DNA of 64,000 nt from Candidatus Spyradenecus sp. (GCA_045535075.1 JAZSKX010000018.1:288001-352000); one strand, 5' to 3'. Shown: positions 51,647 through 61,595, numbered from the stretch's first letter. The notes: generated from the letters alone by a model not told the origin. Numbers and translations: made by a program.

Positions 51647-51745
51647 TGCCAATATTCAATATTCTCGCGGGAACGCATCAAGCCCGGAATTTGCGGACTC
51701 CCGCCCGCTCGGGGGCGCGTCGTTTCCCGATTTGTAAATTTCAAT

Positions 51746-51774
51746 TTGCGGGAACGGACAAGTTCGGCGATAAT
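51746..51774 (+). promoter_or_regulatory. sigma70-like promoter of purB
   Basis: TTGCGG-N17-GATAAT, about 30 nt before the ATG. Confidence 0.45.
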
Positions 51775-51805
51775 CAAGGTTTTAATTTTTCTAAAACTAA
51801 AATCT

Positions 51806-53230
51806 ATGGAACAAATCGCAGACGTTCTCGCTCAACGCTACGCCACGGAACCGATTCGCAAAATCTGGTCGGCAACCGGACGCATCATCCTCGAACGCGA
51901 ATTTTGGATCGCCGTCATGCGCGCTCAGCGCGACCTCGGGCTCGACATTCCCGCTGAAGCCATTGAGGCTTACGAACGCGTCAAGGAAAACGTCAATCTC
52001 GATTCCATCAACGCGCGGGAACGCATCACGCGCCACGACGTCAAAGCCCGTATCGAAGAATTTTGCGATCTCGCCGGCTTTGAGCACATTCACAAGGGAA
52101 TGACTTCCCGCGACCTCACGGAATCCGTCGAACAGCTTCAGGTTTTCCGCTCGCTCGAATACATTCGCCTCAAAACCGTCGCCGCCGTCAAACGCCTCGC
52201 CGAGCGTGCCGCAGAAACGCGCGACATTGCGATGACTTCCCGCACGCACAACGTTGCGGCACAGCTCACGACTTTCGGCAAGCGTTTCGCGATGTTCGGC
52301 GAAGACATGCTCGTCGCTCTGCGGGAGCTCGACGCGCTTATCGCCAACTACCCGGCGCGCGGCGTAAAAGGTGCCGTCGGCACGCAACTCGATCTGCTCA
52401 CGCTGTTTGACCACGATGTCGAAAAGGCGATGGAATTTGATTCCCGCGTCCGCAAGCACCTCGGCATTCCGCACGCATTCAATGCAACGGGGCAGGTTTA
52501 CCCGCGCTCGCTCGATTTTGCGACGATTTCCACGCTCGTCCACATTGGCTCCGGCGCGTCCAGCTTCGCGAAAACGTTGCGCCTGATGGCGGGGCACGAG
52601 CTCGCCAGCGAAGGCTTCCTGCCGGGACAAGTCGGCTCGTCGGCGATGCCGCACAAAATGAATTCCCGCAGCTGCGAACGTTTGAACGGTCTGCACGTCA
52701 TTTTGAAAGGCTATCTCGCTATGGCGGCGGATCTCGCCGGCGACCAATGGAACGAAGGCGACGTTTCCTGTTCCGTCGTGCGCCGCGTGGCGCTCCCGGA
52801 TTCCTTCTTCGCGATTGATGCGTTGCTCGAAACCTTCCTCGTCATTTTGAACCAGATGGAAATTAACGTTCCCGTCATTGAGCGCGAAAAGAATTATTAC
52901 CTGCCGTTCCTGCTGACGACGACCATCATGATGGAAGCCGTCAAACGCGGCGTGGGGCGCGAAACCGCGCACGAAGTTATCAAGGAACACGCCGTCGCCA
53001 CCGCGCGCGATATTCGCCAAGGCAAAATTTCGAACAATAACCTGTTCGACCGCCTCGCCGAAGACGGTCGCCTGAAACTTTCCCGCGACGATTTCGACGC
53101 GATCGCCAAAATCGCCGCCGCCGAAACGGGAACGGCAGGCATGCAGGTCGACAACTTTGTCGCCACCGCCAACGAACTTTTAGCAAAATTTCCCGCCGCC
53201 GCAGAAATCAAGCCCGGCGCAATTCTGTAA
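51806..53230 (+). CDS. purB: adenylosuccinate lyase
   Basis: RHDVKA, HKGMTSRD, SRTH, GSSAMPHKMN. Confidence 0.95.
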   Translation: MEQIADVLAQRYATEPIRKIWSATGRIILEREFWIAVMRAQRDLGLDIPAEAIEAYERVKENVNLDSINARERITRHDVKARIEEFCDLAGFEHIHKGMTSRDLTESVEQLQVFRSLEYIRLKTVAAVKRLAERAAETRDIAMTSRTHNVAAQLTTFGKRFAMFGEDMLVALRELDALIANYPARGVKGAVGTQLDLLTLFDHDVEKAMEFDSRVRKHLGIPHAFNATGQVYPRSLDFATISTLVHIGSGASSFAKTLRLMAGHELASEGFLPGQVGSSAMPHKMNSRSCERLNGLHVILKGYLAMAADLAGDQWNEGDVSCSVVRRVALPDSFFAIDALLETFLVILNQMEINVPVIEREKNYYLPFLLTTTIMMEAVKRGVGRETAHEVIKEHAVATARDIRQGKISNNNLFDRLAEDGRLKLSRDDFDAIAKIAAAETGTAGMQVDNFVATANELLAKFPAAAEIKPGAIL

Positions 53231-53256
53231 AAAATTAAGGCTTATTAAAGAAGCCT

Positions 53257-53299
53257 AAAAAAGCGTTCCCGTGAAATAAATCACGGGAACGCTTCTTCT
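53257..53299. terminator. bidirectional terminator formed by an inverted motif pair
   Basis: Perfect 14-bp arms AAGCGTTCCCGTGA-AATAAA-TCACGGGAACGCTT between convergent genes. Confidence 0.85.
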
Positions 53300-53325
53300 G
53301 TCTTTAACCGCGAATCTTTTTCCGC

Positions 53326-55365
53326 TTATTTCGCAGGACGTCCGTCAAAGAAGAAAACTTCAAAAGGCTTCAACGTGAAGGAGAGCTCCTTGTCGAGCGG
53401 AATCGTCGCGCCGGAAATCCCCTGGAGTTTTCGCTGTCCGCCCTTAAAGGAATCTTTCAGCGTAATAGAGCCCTGGACATGCGCGGGAACGTCGAGCAAT
53501 TGACGCAACGTCGCCGTAAGCGTTTTTTCGTCTTTAGAAGAATTGCGCAAGGCGAGAGTCGCCTTTTTTCCGTTCCAGGAAGCCCAACCGTAGATGTCTC
53601 CGCATTTTTTTTCGTTGTCCCACGGATTGCCGCCGACCCAGTGAGCGTCGTCGAGCACATCGGCGTTCCCGCGGAACCACTTGATGCACTCGGCAAGTTC
53701 TTTCCAGAGATCGAGTTTCGTCATGATGTCGTTATCGACATAAAGCTCCTGCAAGGCGCTCCCGCTGGCGAACGCACAACGCATTTCCTTGAGAATGTCG
53801 TCGCGTCCGTCGGCGTTGTTTGCCATGCAATTCGGCGGTCCGTGGCGGGTTATCATGAGTCCGTGCGTCATGATTGAATTAATCGGGCACAGCGGCGAGC
53901 CTTGAACAAAGACTTCGTAAACAAGGCGATCTCGATAGGTAATCCATTTATTTCGATTATTCCCGTCTCCGATGCCGCCATGGTCGTTTTCCTGTCGCCA
54001 AATGGAGTCTGCAATGTGAAACCAAAACGGCGAAGCCCATGTGCCGACGGTCGTATTGAGGAAAATATCCGGGCGTTTTTTACGAAGAGCTTTCTCAACT
54101 TTGATAATGCCTTCTGCGTCTTCCTCTCCTCCCGGACCTTTCGCGTGGAATTTCGTGCTGATCCCGTCGAACTTGAAATAGCGCATGTCGTAATCGGCAA
54201 CCATTTGCGAACAACGCCCGACGAACGCGTCGAAGTATTCCTTGTTCGAAAGCTCAAAATTGCCGATTTGGTTGTTCGGGTGATTTTTATTCCAATAGCC
54301 GAGACGCTGAGTCTTGGACGCGCCGTAGCCGCCGACGGGCCCAAGCCAAGCACCCATTCCCGCGCCTTGCTTCAGCGCTGCGGTATTGAGTTTTTCAAAA
54401 CCGTTCGGGAACCCGCTGTGGAAGCCCCAGAGCGAATTAAAATCGTCCCAGCCGTCGTCCCAAACGAACGCGTCAACACCGATTTTATGTTTTTTGAAAA
54501 GGTTTTTGTTCCACTCTTCAATGACATCGAGGCATTGTTTTTCCGACATGCGGTTCTTCGGATCCGGGTCGTTGTTGCGGTTGATGTTGAGCTCATACCA
54601 CGAATTGTAGTGGACAAACGAGCGCCACGGCACAGCGCGTTCCCGCTCATTGTAAGCGAGGAAGGAGCGGCGCTCCTGCCCGGGAACGAGAGCTCCGATA
54701 ACGGAGGAAACATCCCAGATTTCGCCCTTTTTCAGCGTGGTTTTACGCGACCATTTTCCCGTCATCGTGTCGCCGGAAACTTCGTTAAGCGCCATCGGCG
54801 TTTCGAGCGCGGCAAAAACCTTTTCCGTTACGACGGGCGAGCCGCGCGTGTTCCCGAGGACTTTTGCTCCCGGAAGCTTGATTTCAAGCGGAACAATTGC
54901 CTGCATCGGAGTATCGGCCTTCGCCTTAATTTTCAGCTCTTGGCGGATGTAATGCGAGCCGTCGCGCAAAACCGCGCGCCATCTTACGGAAAGATTGCCT
55001 TTGCTGAACGTGCCGACGATTGCCTGCCCGGCAAAACGTTCGGAAAGTTTGACGGCTTTCGGATTCGCTTTGAGAGCAACTTTCTTAAGCGTGCCCTTCA
55101 TTTGCGATGCTTTAATGATTTCACCGTCACCGAGAACAATCTTGAAAAGCTCATCCCCTTCGGCGACCGTTTTCCCGCCGAATTTTACTTCGAAACCCTT
55201 TTTTGCATCAAAACGCGCGGCAACAAGCTCGTTAGAAAGACGTGTCCCCGATGCAAGTGCAACGCCGGGCTGCTTCTCAGACGGGAACGCAACATCCGCA
55301 TTCAGCGCCGGAAGCGCCAATGCCAATAAAGTCAGTGTAAGGAAGATTTTCTTTAGGGATTTCAT
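53326..55365 (-). CDS. secreted glycoside-hydrolase-like protein (clan GH-D-like TIM barrel)
   Basis: Signal peptide; YNSWY, WDDGWD, GFPNG and YFKFDG motifs. Confidence 0.7.
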   Translation of the reverse strand: MKSLKKIFLTLTLLALALPALNADVAFPSEKQPGVALASGTRLSNELVAARFDAKKGFEVKFGGKTVAEGDELFKIVLGDGEIIKASQMKGTLKKVALKANPKAVKLSERFAGQAIVGTFSKGNLSVRWRAVLRDGSHYIRQELKIKAKADTPMQAIVPLEIKLPGAKVLGNTRGSPVVTEKVFAALETPMALNEVSGDTMTGKWSRKTTLKKGEIWDVSSVIGALVPGQERRSFLAYNERERAVPWRSFVHYNSWYELNINRNNDPDPKNRMSEKQCLDVIEEWNKNLFKKHKIGVDAFVWDDGWDDFNSLWGFHSGFPNGFEKLNTAALKQGAGMGAWLGPVGGYGASKTQRLGYWNKNHPNNQIGNFELSNKEYFDAFVGRCSQMVADYDMRYFKFDGISTKFHAKGPGGEEDAEGIIKVEKALRKKRPDIFLNTTVGTWASPFWFHIADSIWRQENDHGGIGDGNNRNKWITYRDRLVYEVFVQGSPLCPINSIMTHGLMITRHGPPNCMANNADGRDDILKEMRCAFASGSALQELYVDNDIMTKLDLWKELAECIKWFRGNADVLDDAHWVGGNPWDNEKKCGDIYGWASWNGKKATLALRNSSKDEKTLTATLRQLLDVPAHVQGSITLKDSFKGGQRKLQGISGATIPLDKELSFTLKPFEVFFFDGRPAK

Positions 55366-55557
55366 AATCAGGCATGATTATAAAAAAGAATTCGGAAAAG
55401 CGAAATTTAAAAAACGTCCATAGCCCAAACACTATAGTGTTGACAAGTTAATCTTTTCTTAAAATCATAAGCTCAATGTTTACTCTAATGCTGGGAATTA
55501 AAAGCCGGAGACTTTCGGATTGTCGGATGTCCATTGTTAAATCGTTAGGTTAAACTC

Positions 55558-55603
55558 GGCGTCTCCGCGGGAACGATTGTCCTGCGGAGGCGCCATCATT
55601 TTT
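55558..55603 (+). terminator. 15-bp hairpin followed by T-tract
   Basis: GGCGTCTCCGCGGGA-ACGATTG-TCCTGCGGAGGCGCC-ATCATTTTT; G-U pairs favour the + strand. Confidence 0.65.
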
Positions 55604-55628
55604 CGTTCTCATATCCTCCTGTAACCCA

Positions 55629-55663
55629 AAGCCTTCCCGTTGTATTGCGGGAAGGCTTCTTTT
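55629..55663 (+). terminator. second terminator hairpin upstream of the PEP-CTERM gene
   Basis: AAGCCTTCCCGT-TGTATT-GCGGGAAGGCTT-CTTTT. Confidence 0.7.
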
Positions 55664-55728
55664 ATATCACACAAATTCGGTAGGATTTATTTCTTGAATG
55701 AAAATTTTACAAGCTTATCATTTGGCGA

Positions 55729-56538
55729 ATGAAAAACATAAAATTTCTCTCTTGCCTTACTTTCGCACTTTCGGGAGTAACTTCCGGCGTTTTTGCGGCT
55801 GACGCGACATTAAGCTATACGGATGCCTTCGGGATCGCCCAAAACCAATCGGAATCCTTAGGGTATTTCATTTTGGAAGAAAACGCCCGCGACGTCGTTT
55901 TCAACACGGGAACGAACTACCTTTTCAGTAAAGACCTATATCTCAACGCCGGACGCATTGAAAATCTTGAACTCATCGCGACGGGAAACGAAGACGACGC
56001 TCGCGTTTACAATAAGACGACGATCGACGGGAACGTCAAAATTTCGGGCGCAACCGGTTGCTTCTATTCTTACGGCGGAACGATTGAAAGCGGGGCACAC
56101 TTCACCCTAAACGGAGGGCGATTTGATTTCGCCAATTCGAGCTTACACAAATGGAAAATCGGAGAAGAAACGGGAACGCGCGCATTAATTTCAGGAACGG
56201 GAACCGTCACCATTCGTAATACGACATTGAATGGCGAAGCCTTTACTTCGTGGCTACAGCTGGATTTCGCGAACTATGATGTTTTAAAAAAGACGAAAAC
56301 GCTGAGTCTTGTCGACGCCGGAACTATCGTCGGTTCCGGATTAAATTTTCGCGATATCTCCGTCTTTGTCGACGGCTGGCAAGTTTTTGACTACACGGCA
56401 AGTCTGGACTGGAATTCCGACAGCGTAAATTTCGGCAAAATCTCAATCACGCATCCGATTCCGGAGCCGTCTGCTTTCGGCATGCTTGCCGGATTATGCG
56501 CCTTAGCGTTTGCGGGAACGCGCCGCCGTCACCAATAA
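55729..56538 (+). CDS. PEP-CTERM sorting-domain surface protein
   Basis: Signal peptide; C-terminal IPEPSAFGMLAGLCALAFAGTRRRHQ. Confidence 0.9.
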   Translation: MKNIKFLSCLTFALSGVTSGVFAADATLSYTDAFGIAQNQSESLGYFILEENARDVVFNTGTNYLFSKDLYLNAGRIENLELIATGNEDDARVYNKTTIDGNVKISGATGCFYSYGGTIESGAHFTLNGGRFDFANSSLHKWKIGEETGTRALISGTGTVTIRNTTLNGEAFTSWLQLDFANYDVLKKTKTLSLVDAGTIVGSGLNFRDISVFVDGWQVFDYTASLDWNSDSVNFGKISITHPIPEPSAFGMLAGLCALAFAGTRRRHQ

Positions 56539-56591
56539 AAAAAGCGTTCCCGCTTAAGCCGGCTTTCGCCGCACGGGAACGCTTCTCTTTT
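56536..56591. terminator. bidirectional terminator formed by an inverted motif pair
   Basis: A-tract, AAGCGTTCCCG (56542-56552), N21, CGGGAACGCTT (56574-56584), CTCTTTT, between convergent genes. Confidence 0.75.
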
Positions 56592-56617
56592 AGCCTTAAT
56601 CGTTAAGCTCTCAAAAC

Positions 56618-57850
56618 TTACATCATGTTTTCCGGACCGTTGACCTTGGCGTTCACCTTGAGGCGAAGCGCGTTCAGGTGGATGAAGCCGGAAGCGTCGT
56701 CCTGGTCGTAAGCATTGGTCGGGTCGGCTTCCATCGTCGCGATGTCCGGATTGTAGAGCGAGCACGGCGACTTGCGACCGGCAACGTAGCAGCAACCCTT
56801 GTAGAGCTTGACGCGCACCGTTCCCGTGACGTTTTTCTGCGTTTCCGTAACAAGTGCCTGCAACGCGAGGCGTTCCGGCGCATACCAAAATCCGTTATAA
56901 ACGAGTTCCGCATATTTCGGAATGAGGCTGTCGCGCAAGTGCATCGTATCGCGATCCATCGTGATGGATTCCATCTGGCGATGCGCGAAGAAAAGAATCG
57001 CTCCGCCCGGGGTTTCATAAACGCCGCGCGACTTCATGCCGACAAAACGGTTTTCAACCATGTCAACGCGCCCGATGCCGTGCTTTCCGCCGAGCTTGTT
57101 GAGCGTTTGCATCACTTCAAGCGGCGTCATCTTCTTGCCGTCGATGGCGACGCAGTTACCTTTTTCAAAATCGAGTTCGATAAATTCCGGTGCGTCGGGA
57201 GCGTCTTCCGGAGCGACGGAGAGTTTGAACATCGCCTTGTTTTCCGGGCAGAACGCGTCGAACCACGGATCTTCCATGATCCCGGCTTCGTAGGAAATGT
57301 GGAGCAAGTTGCGGTCCATCGAATACGGCTTTTTCATGCTCGCTTCGACGGGAAGCCCCTGCGCCACGCAGTAATCGATCATTTCCTTGCGCCCCGGGAA
57401 CTGCGCGCGGAACGTTTCGTCGCGCCACGGAGCGATGATTTTCAAATCCGGAGCGAGCGCGGCAGCGGCGAGCTCAAAGCGCACCTGGTCGTTGCCCTTG
57501 CCCGTCGCACCGTGAGCGATAGCGTCGCAACCTTCCGCCTTGGCGATTTCGACCATGCGTTTCGCGATAAGCGGACGCGCAATCGACGTGCCGAGGAAGT
57601 ATTGTCCTTCGTAAATCGCTCCCGCCTGCATCATCGGGAAAATGAAGTCGCGGGCAAATTCTTCCTGCAAATCTTCAATGTAAATTTTGGAAGCGCCGGT
57701 TTTCTTGCTCTTTTCTTCGAGCCCGGAAAGCTCTTCTTCCTGTCCGACGTTCGCGCAGTAAGCGACCATTTCGGCGTTGTATTTTTCTTTAATCCAGGAA
57801 AGGAGCACGGACGTGTCCAATCCGCCGGAATATGCGAGAAGAATCTTCAT
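56618..57850 (-). CDS. argG: argininosuccinate synthase
   Basis: [33 protein letters not shown]. Confidence 0.98.
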   Translation of the reverse strand: MKILLAYSGGLDTSVLLSWIKEKYNAEMVAYCANVGQEEELSGLEEKSKKTGASKIYIEDLQEEFARDFIFPMMQAGAIYEGQYFLGTSIARPLIAKRMVEIAKAEGCDAIAHGATGKGNDQVRFELAAAALAPDLKIIAPWRDETFRAQFPGRKEMIDYCVAQGLPVEASMKKPYSMDRNLLHISYEAGIMEDPWFDAFCPENKAMFKLSVAPEDAPDAPEFIELDFEKGNCVAIDGKKMTPLEVMQTLNKLGGKHGIGRVDMVENRFVGMKSRGVYETPGGAILFFAHRQMESITMDRDTMHLRDSLIPKYAELVYNGFWYAPERLALQALVTETQKNVTGTVRVKLYKGCCYVAGRKSPCSLYNPDIATMEADPTNAYDQDDASGFIHLNALRLKVNAKVNGPENMM

Positions 57851-57888
57851 AGCAATGATTGTTTTGTGTGATTAAAAAGTAAGCGGGA

Positions 57889-57917
57889 ATCATGCGCCGC
57901 GTTCCCGCGAAAATCAA
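57889..57917 (-). promoter_or_regulatory. sigma70-like promoter of argG
   Basis: Minus strand TTGATT-N17-CATGAT. Confidence 0.45.
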
Positions 57918-58043
57918 CGCGGAATTTAGCAATAAAGCGTAGAAACCGTAAACTGCCGTAAATATTTTTAGCCGCGGGCAGCACGATTTTCTCGGATGTT
58001 TTTCAAAAAGCTCCGCGAAAAATAATCCGCTCCGCCCGTGAAA

Positions 58044-58880
58044 CTATTTTCCGGCGGAAACGAACCCCTTCAGCCAAGCTTCCGCGAGTTGCGGCCAAAC
58101 AAGCCCGACGCCGGATCGCATGCCGTAGCCGTGCCCGCCTTTCGACAAATAATGCAAATCCACGGGACGGCGATTCGCACGCATCGCCTCCGCCATCACC
58201 AACGCGCTTCGGCTACTATAATAATAATCGTCGAGCGTCCCGAAAATGAACATCGGCGGCGTGTTCGCCGAAACCTTGAGCTCCGGCGTCAGGCTGTGCC
58301 CGGGACCGCCGTCGAGATACGCCGGATAAATCAACATCGCAAAATCGGGACGGCAACTGAGCTTGTCGGCAGCGTCCCGCGGCGGATAAAGCGTTTCCTC
58401 AAATCGCGTTGCCGCACGTGCAGAAAGGCTCGCTCCCGCAGAAAAACCGATGACTCCGACTTTCTCCGGCGCGTATTTTTCCCGCACGACACGAATCGCA
58501 CGCTGAAGATCCTGCAACGCGCCGTTCGGATTCGCGGGAACGCGATATGCCAGCGTAAACGCCGTAAAACCCCGGCGCGCCAGCCACTGCGCGACCTCGG
58601 TTCCTTCCTTGTCGTAAGAAAGCACCTGATACGCGCCGCCGGGGCAAACAATGACGGCAACGCCGTTCGGCTCCTTTTCGGGAAGAGCAACTTCCAAGGT
58701 CGGGTTCGAAACCCGCGTCAGGCGAATTACGCCCTTTTCCGTTTTTGTGTCGGTAACGTGCTTTTCCCCAGGCGTATTTTCTGCGGGAACGCTCGGCTTC
58801 CAAATTTCGATGATTTCCGCATGAACAGCGGCAGAAAGGCAAAACGCGAGACAAGTAACGGCAACAAGAATTTTTCTCAT
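58044..58880 (-). CDS. secreted alpha/beta hydrolase (carbohydrate esterase-like)
   Basis: CPGGAY, GFSAG nucleophile elbow, GGHGYG; signal peptide. Confidence 0.88.
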   Translation of the reverse strand: MRKILVAVTCLAFCLSAAVHAEIIEIWKPSVPAENTPGEKHVTDTKTEKGVIRLTRVSNPTLEVALPEKEPNGVAVIVCPGGAYQVLSYDKEGTEVAQWLARRGFTAFTLAYRVPANPNGALQDLQRAIRVVREKYAPEKVGVIGFSAGASLSARAATRFEETLYPPRDAADKLSCRPDFAMLIYPAYLDGGPGHSLTPELKVSANTPPMFIFGTLDDYYYSSRSALVMAEAMRANRRPVDLHYLSKGGHGYGMRSGVGLVWPQLAEAWLKGFVSAGK

Positions 58881-59018
58881 GAGAAGAAAGCCTAGCGTTT
58901 TTTTCGCGACAGGCAAAAAAATGTTCCCGCAAGAAAATCCCGCGGGAACGATTTTTCTGTTTCCAAAGAAACTTTCTTCGGAGAAGCCGACCAAACTTAT
59001 CAGCTTCTAAGCCACAAA

Positions 59019-60725
59019 CTACTTATCCAAACCCCAGCGTTCCCGTAGCCAGCGTTCAACGGGCGCGAAGCAAAGCCGGTCCATGACCAAGCCGACAAGG
59101 ATAATAACGAGCATGACCCCGTAAACTTTTTCGACATTCATTTCTTCGCGTCCGGCGTTGAGCATCCAGCCCAAACCGATGCCGCTGAAAATATAAACAT
59201 AAATTTCGGCAGACATCAGCGAGCGCCACGCAAACGCCCAGCCTTGCTTCATACCGGAGAAAATTAACGGGAGCGCCGCCGGGAACATCACGTGCGTCCA
59301 CAGGTGAAAATGCTTCGAGCCCATTGTCCGCGCGGCACGCACATAAAGCGGCGGGACGGAACGAATCCCGCTTTCCGTCGCCAACATGAGCGACCAAACC
59401 GAACCCATAACGACAACCGTCAGGATTGCCCATTCGTCCTGCCCGAAAATCACAAGCGAAATCGGCACCCAACAAACGCTCGGCAGAGCTTGAAACCCGA
59501 GCGCCAAAACGCCGAGCGTGCTACGCATCAGCGCACTTTGCGCCAGCAAAAGCCCGAGCGGAAGCGCAATCGCAAATCCGATGGCGTAGCCCAAAAGCAG
59601 GCGACGCATCGTTACGACAAGAGCGCTCAAAATCGAACCGTCCCAAACGCCGTCCCAAAGAAAACCTGCGATTTCCGACGGTAACGGGAACACGCCGGCG
59701 CGCATTTTCGGCGGAAGCTCCGTCGTTTGAACCAAATCTTCGACTTCGATTTTTTCCGGAATCATTCCCGTTCCGAAGCCGTCGTTGACATATTCGGCGA
59801 GCGATTTTTTGTTTACTTCGCCGACAAACTTGATGCGCGGGAACGCGTTGTTGACGATACGCATCGGGAATTCCGCGTGCGTTTCCCGCGTAAGCGCGCG
59901 CTGGAGCAAAACCTTTGCTTCGTCCGGATGGGCGTTAATCCAAGCCGTCAATTCGCCGTGCGCTTTAGCAAAGGCATTCAACAGTTTTCGCCGCTTCGTC
60001 AGCGTTTCCGTCGAAGCCGCCAAAACGGTCGTTACCGAGGCGTAATCTTCGAGAAAAATTTTTCCGCCGGTTTCCAATTCGAGACGCGAAACCCACGGCT
60101 CGACGGTCCAAGCAGCTTCAAGCGTTCCCGTGCGGAAAAGCGCAAGTTGATCCGGATTTTTGGTCGGCGCAATTTGCACTTTCGCGTCGTTCTGCCCGGC
60201 AGGAATTCCGCTTTTAATTAACCACGCGCGGCAGGCAACGTCCTGCGTATTGCCGAGTTGGGGCGTTGCGATTTTTTTGCCGATAAAATCCTCCGGGCGC
60301 GTTCCCGTGAAATCGCCGCGCACGACAAGTGCCGCGCCGCCTTCGGCGCTCCCGCAAACGATGCGTACGGCGCCCTGCCGGCGAATGTACGCATTGATTG
60401 CCGGCGACGGGCCGACGTACGACATATCAATCGAGCCGATGGTCAAGCCTTCCATCGCCGACGGGCCGGCGTTGTAGGGTTGCCAAAAAAGTTTCGTTCC
60501 CGCAGGAAGCCGCGCCTCAAACCACGGCTTGCCTTCGAGCGCCAATTGCTGGGCAATAAGCGCCTGAGCGTGCGTGATATTCGGGAAATAGCCGACGCGC
60601 AATTCGTTTTCCGAGGCTGTTTTTTTCTTTAACGAAAAATCCGAAAGCCAATCGCTGCGCCCGACAAATTCGAGCCCGGCAATGAGCGCCACCGCAAAGA
60701 GAATGTAGAAAATAACACGTTTCAT
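59019..60725 (-). CDS. SsuA/TauA-like substrate-binding domain fused with SsuC-like ABC permease
   Basis: GYFPNITHA...PQLGNTQD (SBP) and AARTMGS...PAALP...WRSL.SAE (permease EAA loop). Confidence 0.88.
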   Translation of the reverse strand: MKRVIFYILFAVALIAGLEFVGRSDWLSDFSLKKKTASENELRVGYFPNITHAQALIAQQLALEGKPWFEARLPAGTKLFWQPYNAGPSAMEGLTIGSIDMSYVGPSPAINAYIRRQGAVRIVCGSAEGGAALVVRGDFTGTRPEDFIGKKIATPQLGNTQDVACRAWLIKSGIPAGQNDAKVQIAPTKNPDQLALFRTGTLEAAWTVEPWVSRLELETGGKIFLEDYASVTTVLAASTETLTKRRKLLNAFAKAHGELTAWINAHPDEAKVLLQRALTRETHAEFPMRIVNNAFPRIKFVGEVNKKSLAEYVNDGFGTGMIPEKIEVEDLVQTTELPPKMRAGVFPLPSEIAGFLWDGVWDGSILSALVVTMRRLLLGYAIGFAIALPLGLLLAQSALMRSTLGVLALGFQALPSVCWVPISLVIFGQDEWAILTVVVMGSVWSLMLATESGIRSVPPLYVRAARTMGSKHFHLWTHVMFPAALPLIFSGMKQGWAFAWRSLMSAEIYVYIFSGIGLGWMLNAGREEMNVEKVYGVMLVIILVGLVMDRLCFAPVERWLRERWGLDK

Positions 60726-60755
60726 GAGAGAAAAACTCCTTTCTTTTCGGGGCGT

Positions 60756-61595
60756 TTAGGCATCGGCAATGTTCCCGCCGGACTTGCCGAGGTAGCGTTT
60801 GAGCGCCGCCGTAATCGGGATTGAGGTTTTCGACAGTTCCGGGTCATTAATGTCGCGGGGACGCGGCAAGTCGACGCGAAAATCCTGCCCGACGCGTCCG
60901 GGATTCGGCGAAAGCAAGACGATGCGGTCTCCCAGACATGCGGCTTCGCGGATATTGTGCGTTACGAAAATAATCGTTTTCTGGCGCTGAACGAAAATGC
61001 GTTGCAAGTCGCCGTAAAGCTGTTCCCGCGTGAGTGCGTCCAATGCGGAAAACGGCTCGTCCATAAGCAAAATCCTCGGATTCGGGGCAAGGGAACGCGC
61101 CAGCGCCACGCGTTGTTTCATTCCGCCGGAGAGCTGATGAATGTTGGATTTATAAAATTTCTCCAAGCCGACAAGACTTAAATAATACATCGCGACTTCG
61201 GCCCGCTCGGCGTTATTCAGATTCGGTTTCAGTCGCAAGCCGAACATAACGTTTTGCAGGACATCCAGCCACGGGAACAGAGCGGATTCCTGAAACATGA
61301 CCATGCGATCGCGCCCGGGCCCGTGAATCGGCTCGCCGTCCATCAACACTTCGCCTTCCGTCGGCGTATCCAACCCCGCAACGAGATTCAGAATTGTCGA
61401 CTTTCCGCAACCGCTCGGCCCGACGAGGCAAACGAATTCGCCTTCGCCGATGTCAAGCGATACATTGTCGAGCGCAAGCACGGAGCCGTGACGGGAACGA
61501 AAAGTTTTACTGACGTTGCGCAAGCTGATTTTTGCCGCCGTCACGCATTCGCCGGCGATGCTCACCGGCTGGGGAGAAATGGGTTGAGAATTCAT
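60756..61595 (-). CDS. NitT/TauT/SsuB-family ABC ATP-binding protein
   Basis: GPSGCGKS, LSGGMKQR, LMDEPFSALD, FVTHN. Confidence 0.93.
   Translation of the reverse strand: MNSQPISPQPVSIAGECVTAAKISLRNVSKTFRSRHGSVLALDNVSLDIGEGEFVCLVGPSGCGKSTILNLVAGLDTPTEGEVLMDGEPIHGPGRDRMVMFQESALFPWLDVLQNVMFGLRLKPNLNNAERAEVAMYYLSLVGLEKFYKSNIHQLSGGMKQRVALARSLAPNPRILLMDEPFSALDALTREQLYGDLQRIFVQRQKTIIFVTHNIREAACLGDRIVLLSPNPGRVGQDFRVDLPRPRDINDPELSKTSIPITAALKRYLGKSGGNIADA

Noticed and set aside
51650..51805. Purine or ZTP riboswitch upstream of purB
   Set aside because: No recognisable consensus or terminator, and the predicted promoter leaves only a short leader.
5900..60740. Shine-Dalgarno sites restricted to ribosomal genes
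   Set aside because: AGGAG-like sites precede several r-protein genes but also the ABC fusion gene and corA, so the pattern is too mixed to claim by eye.
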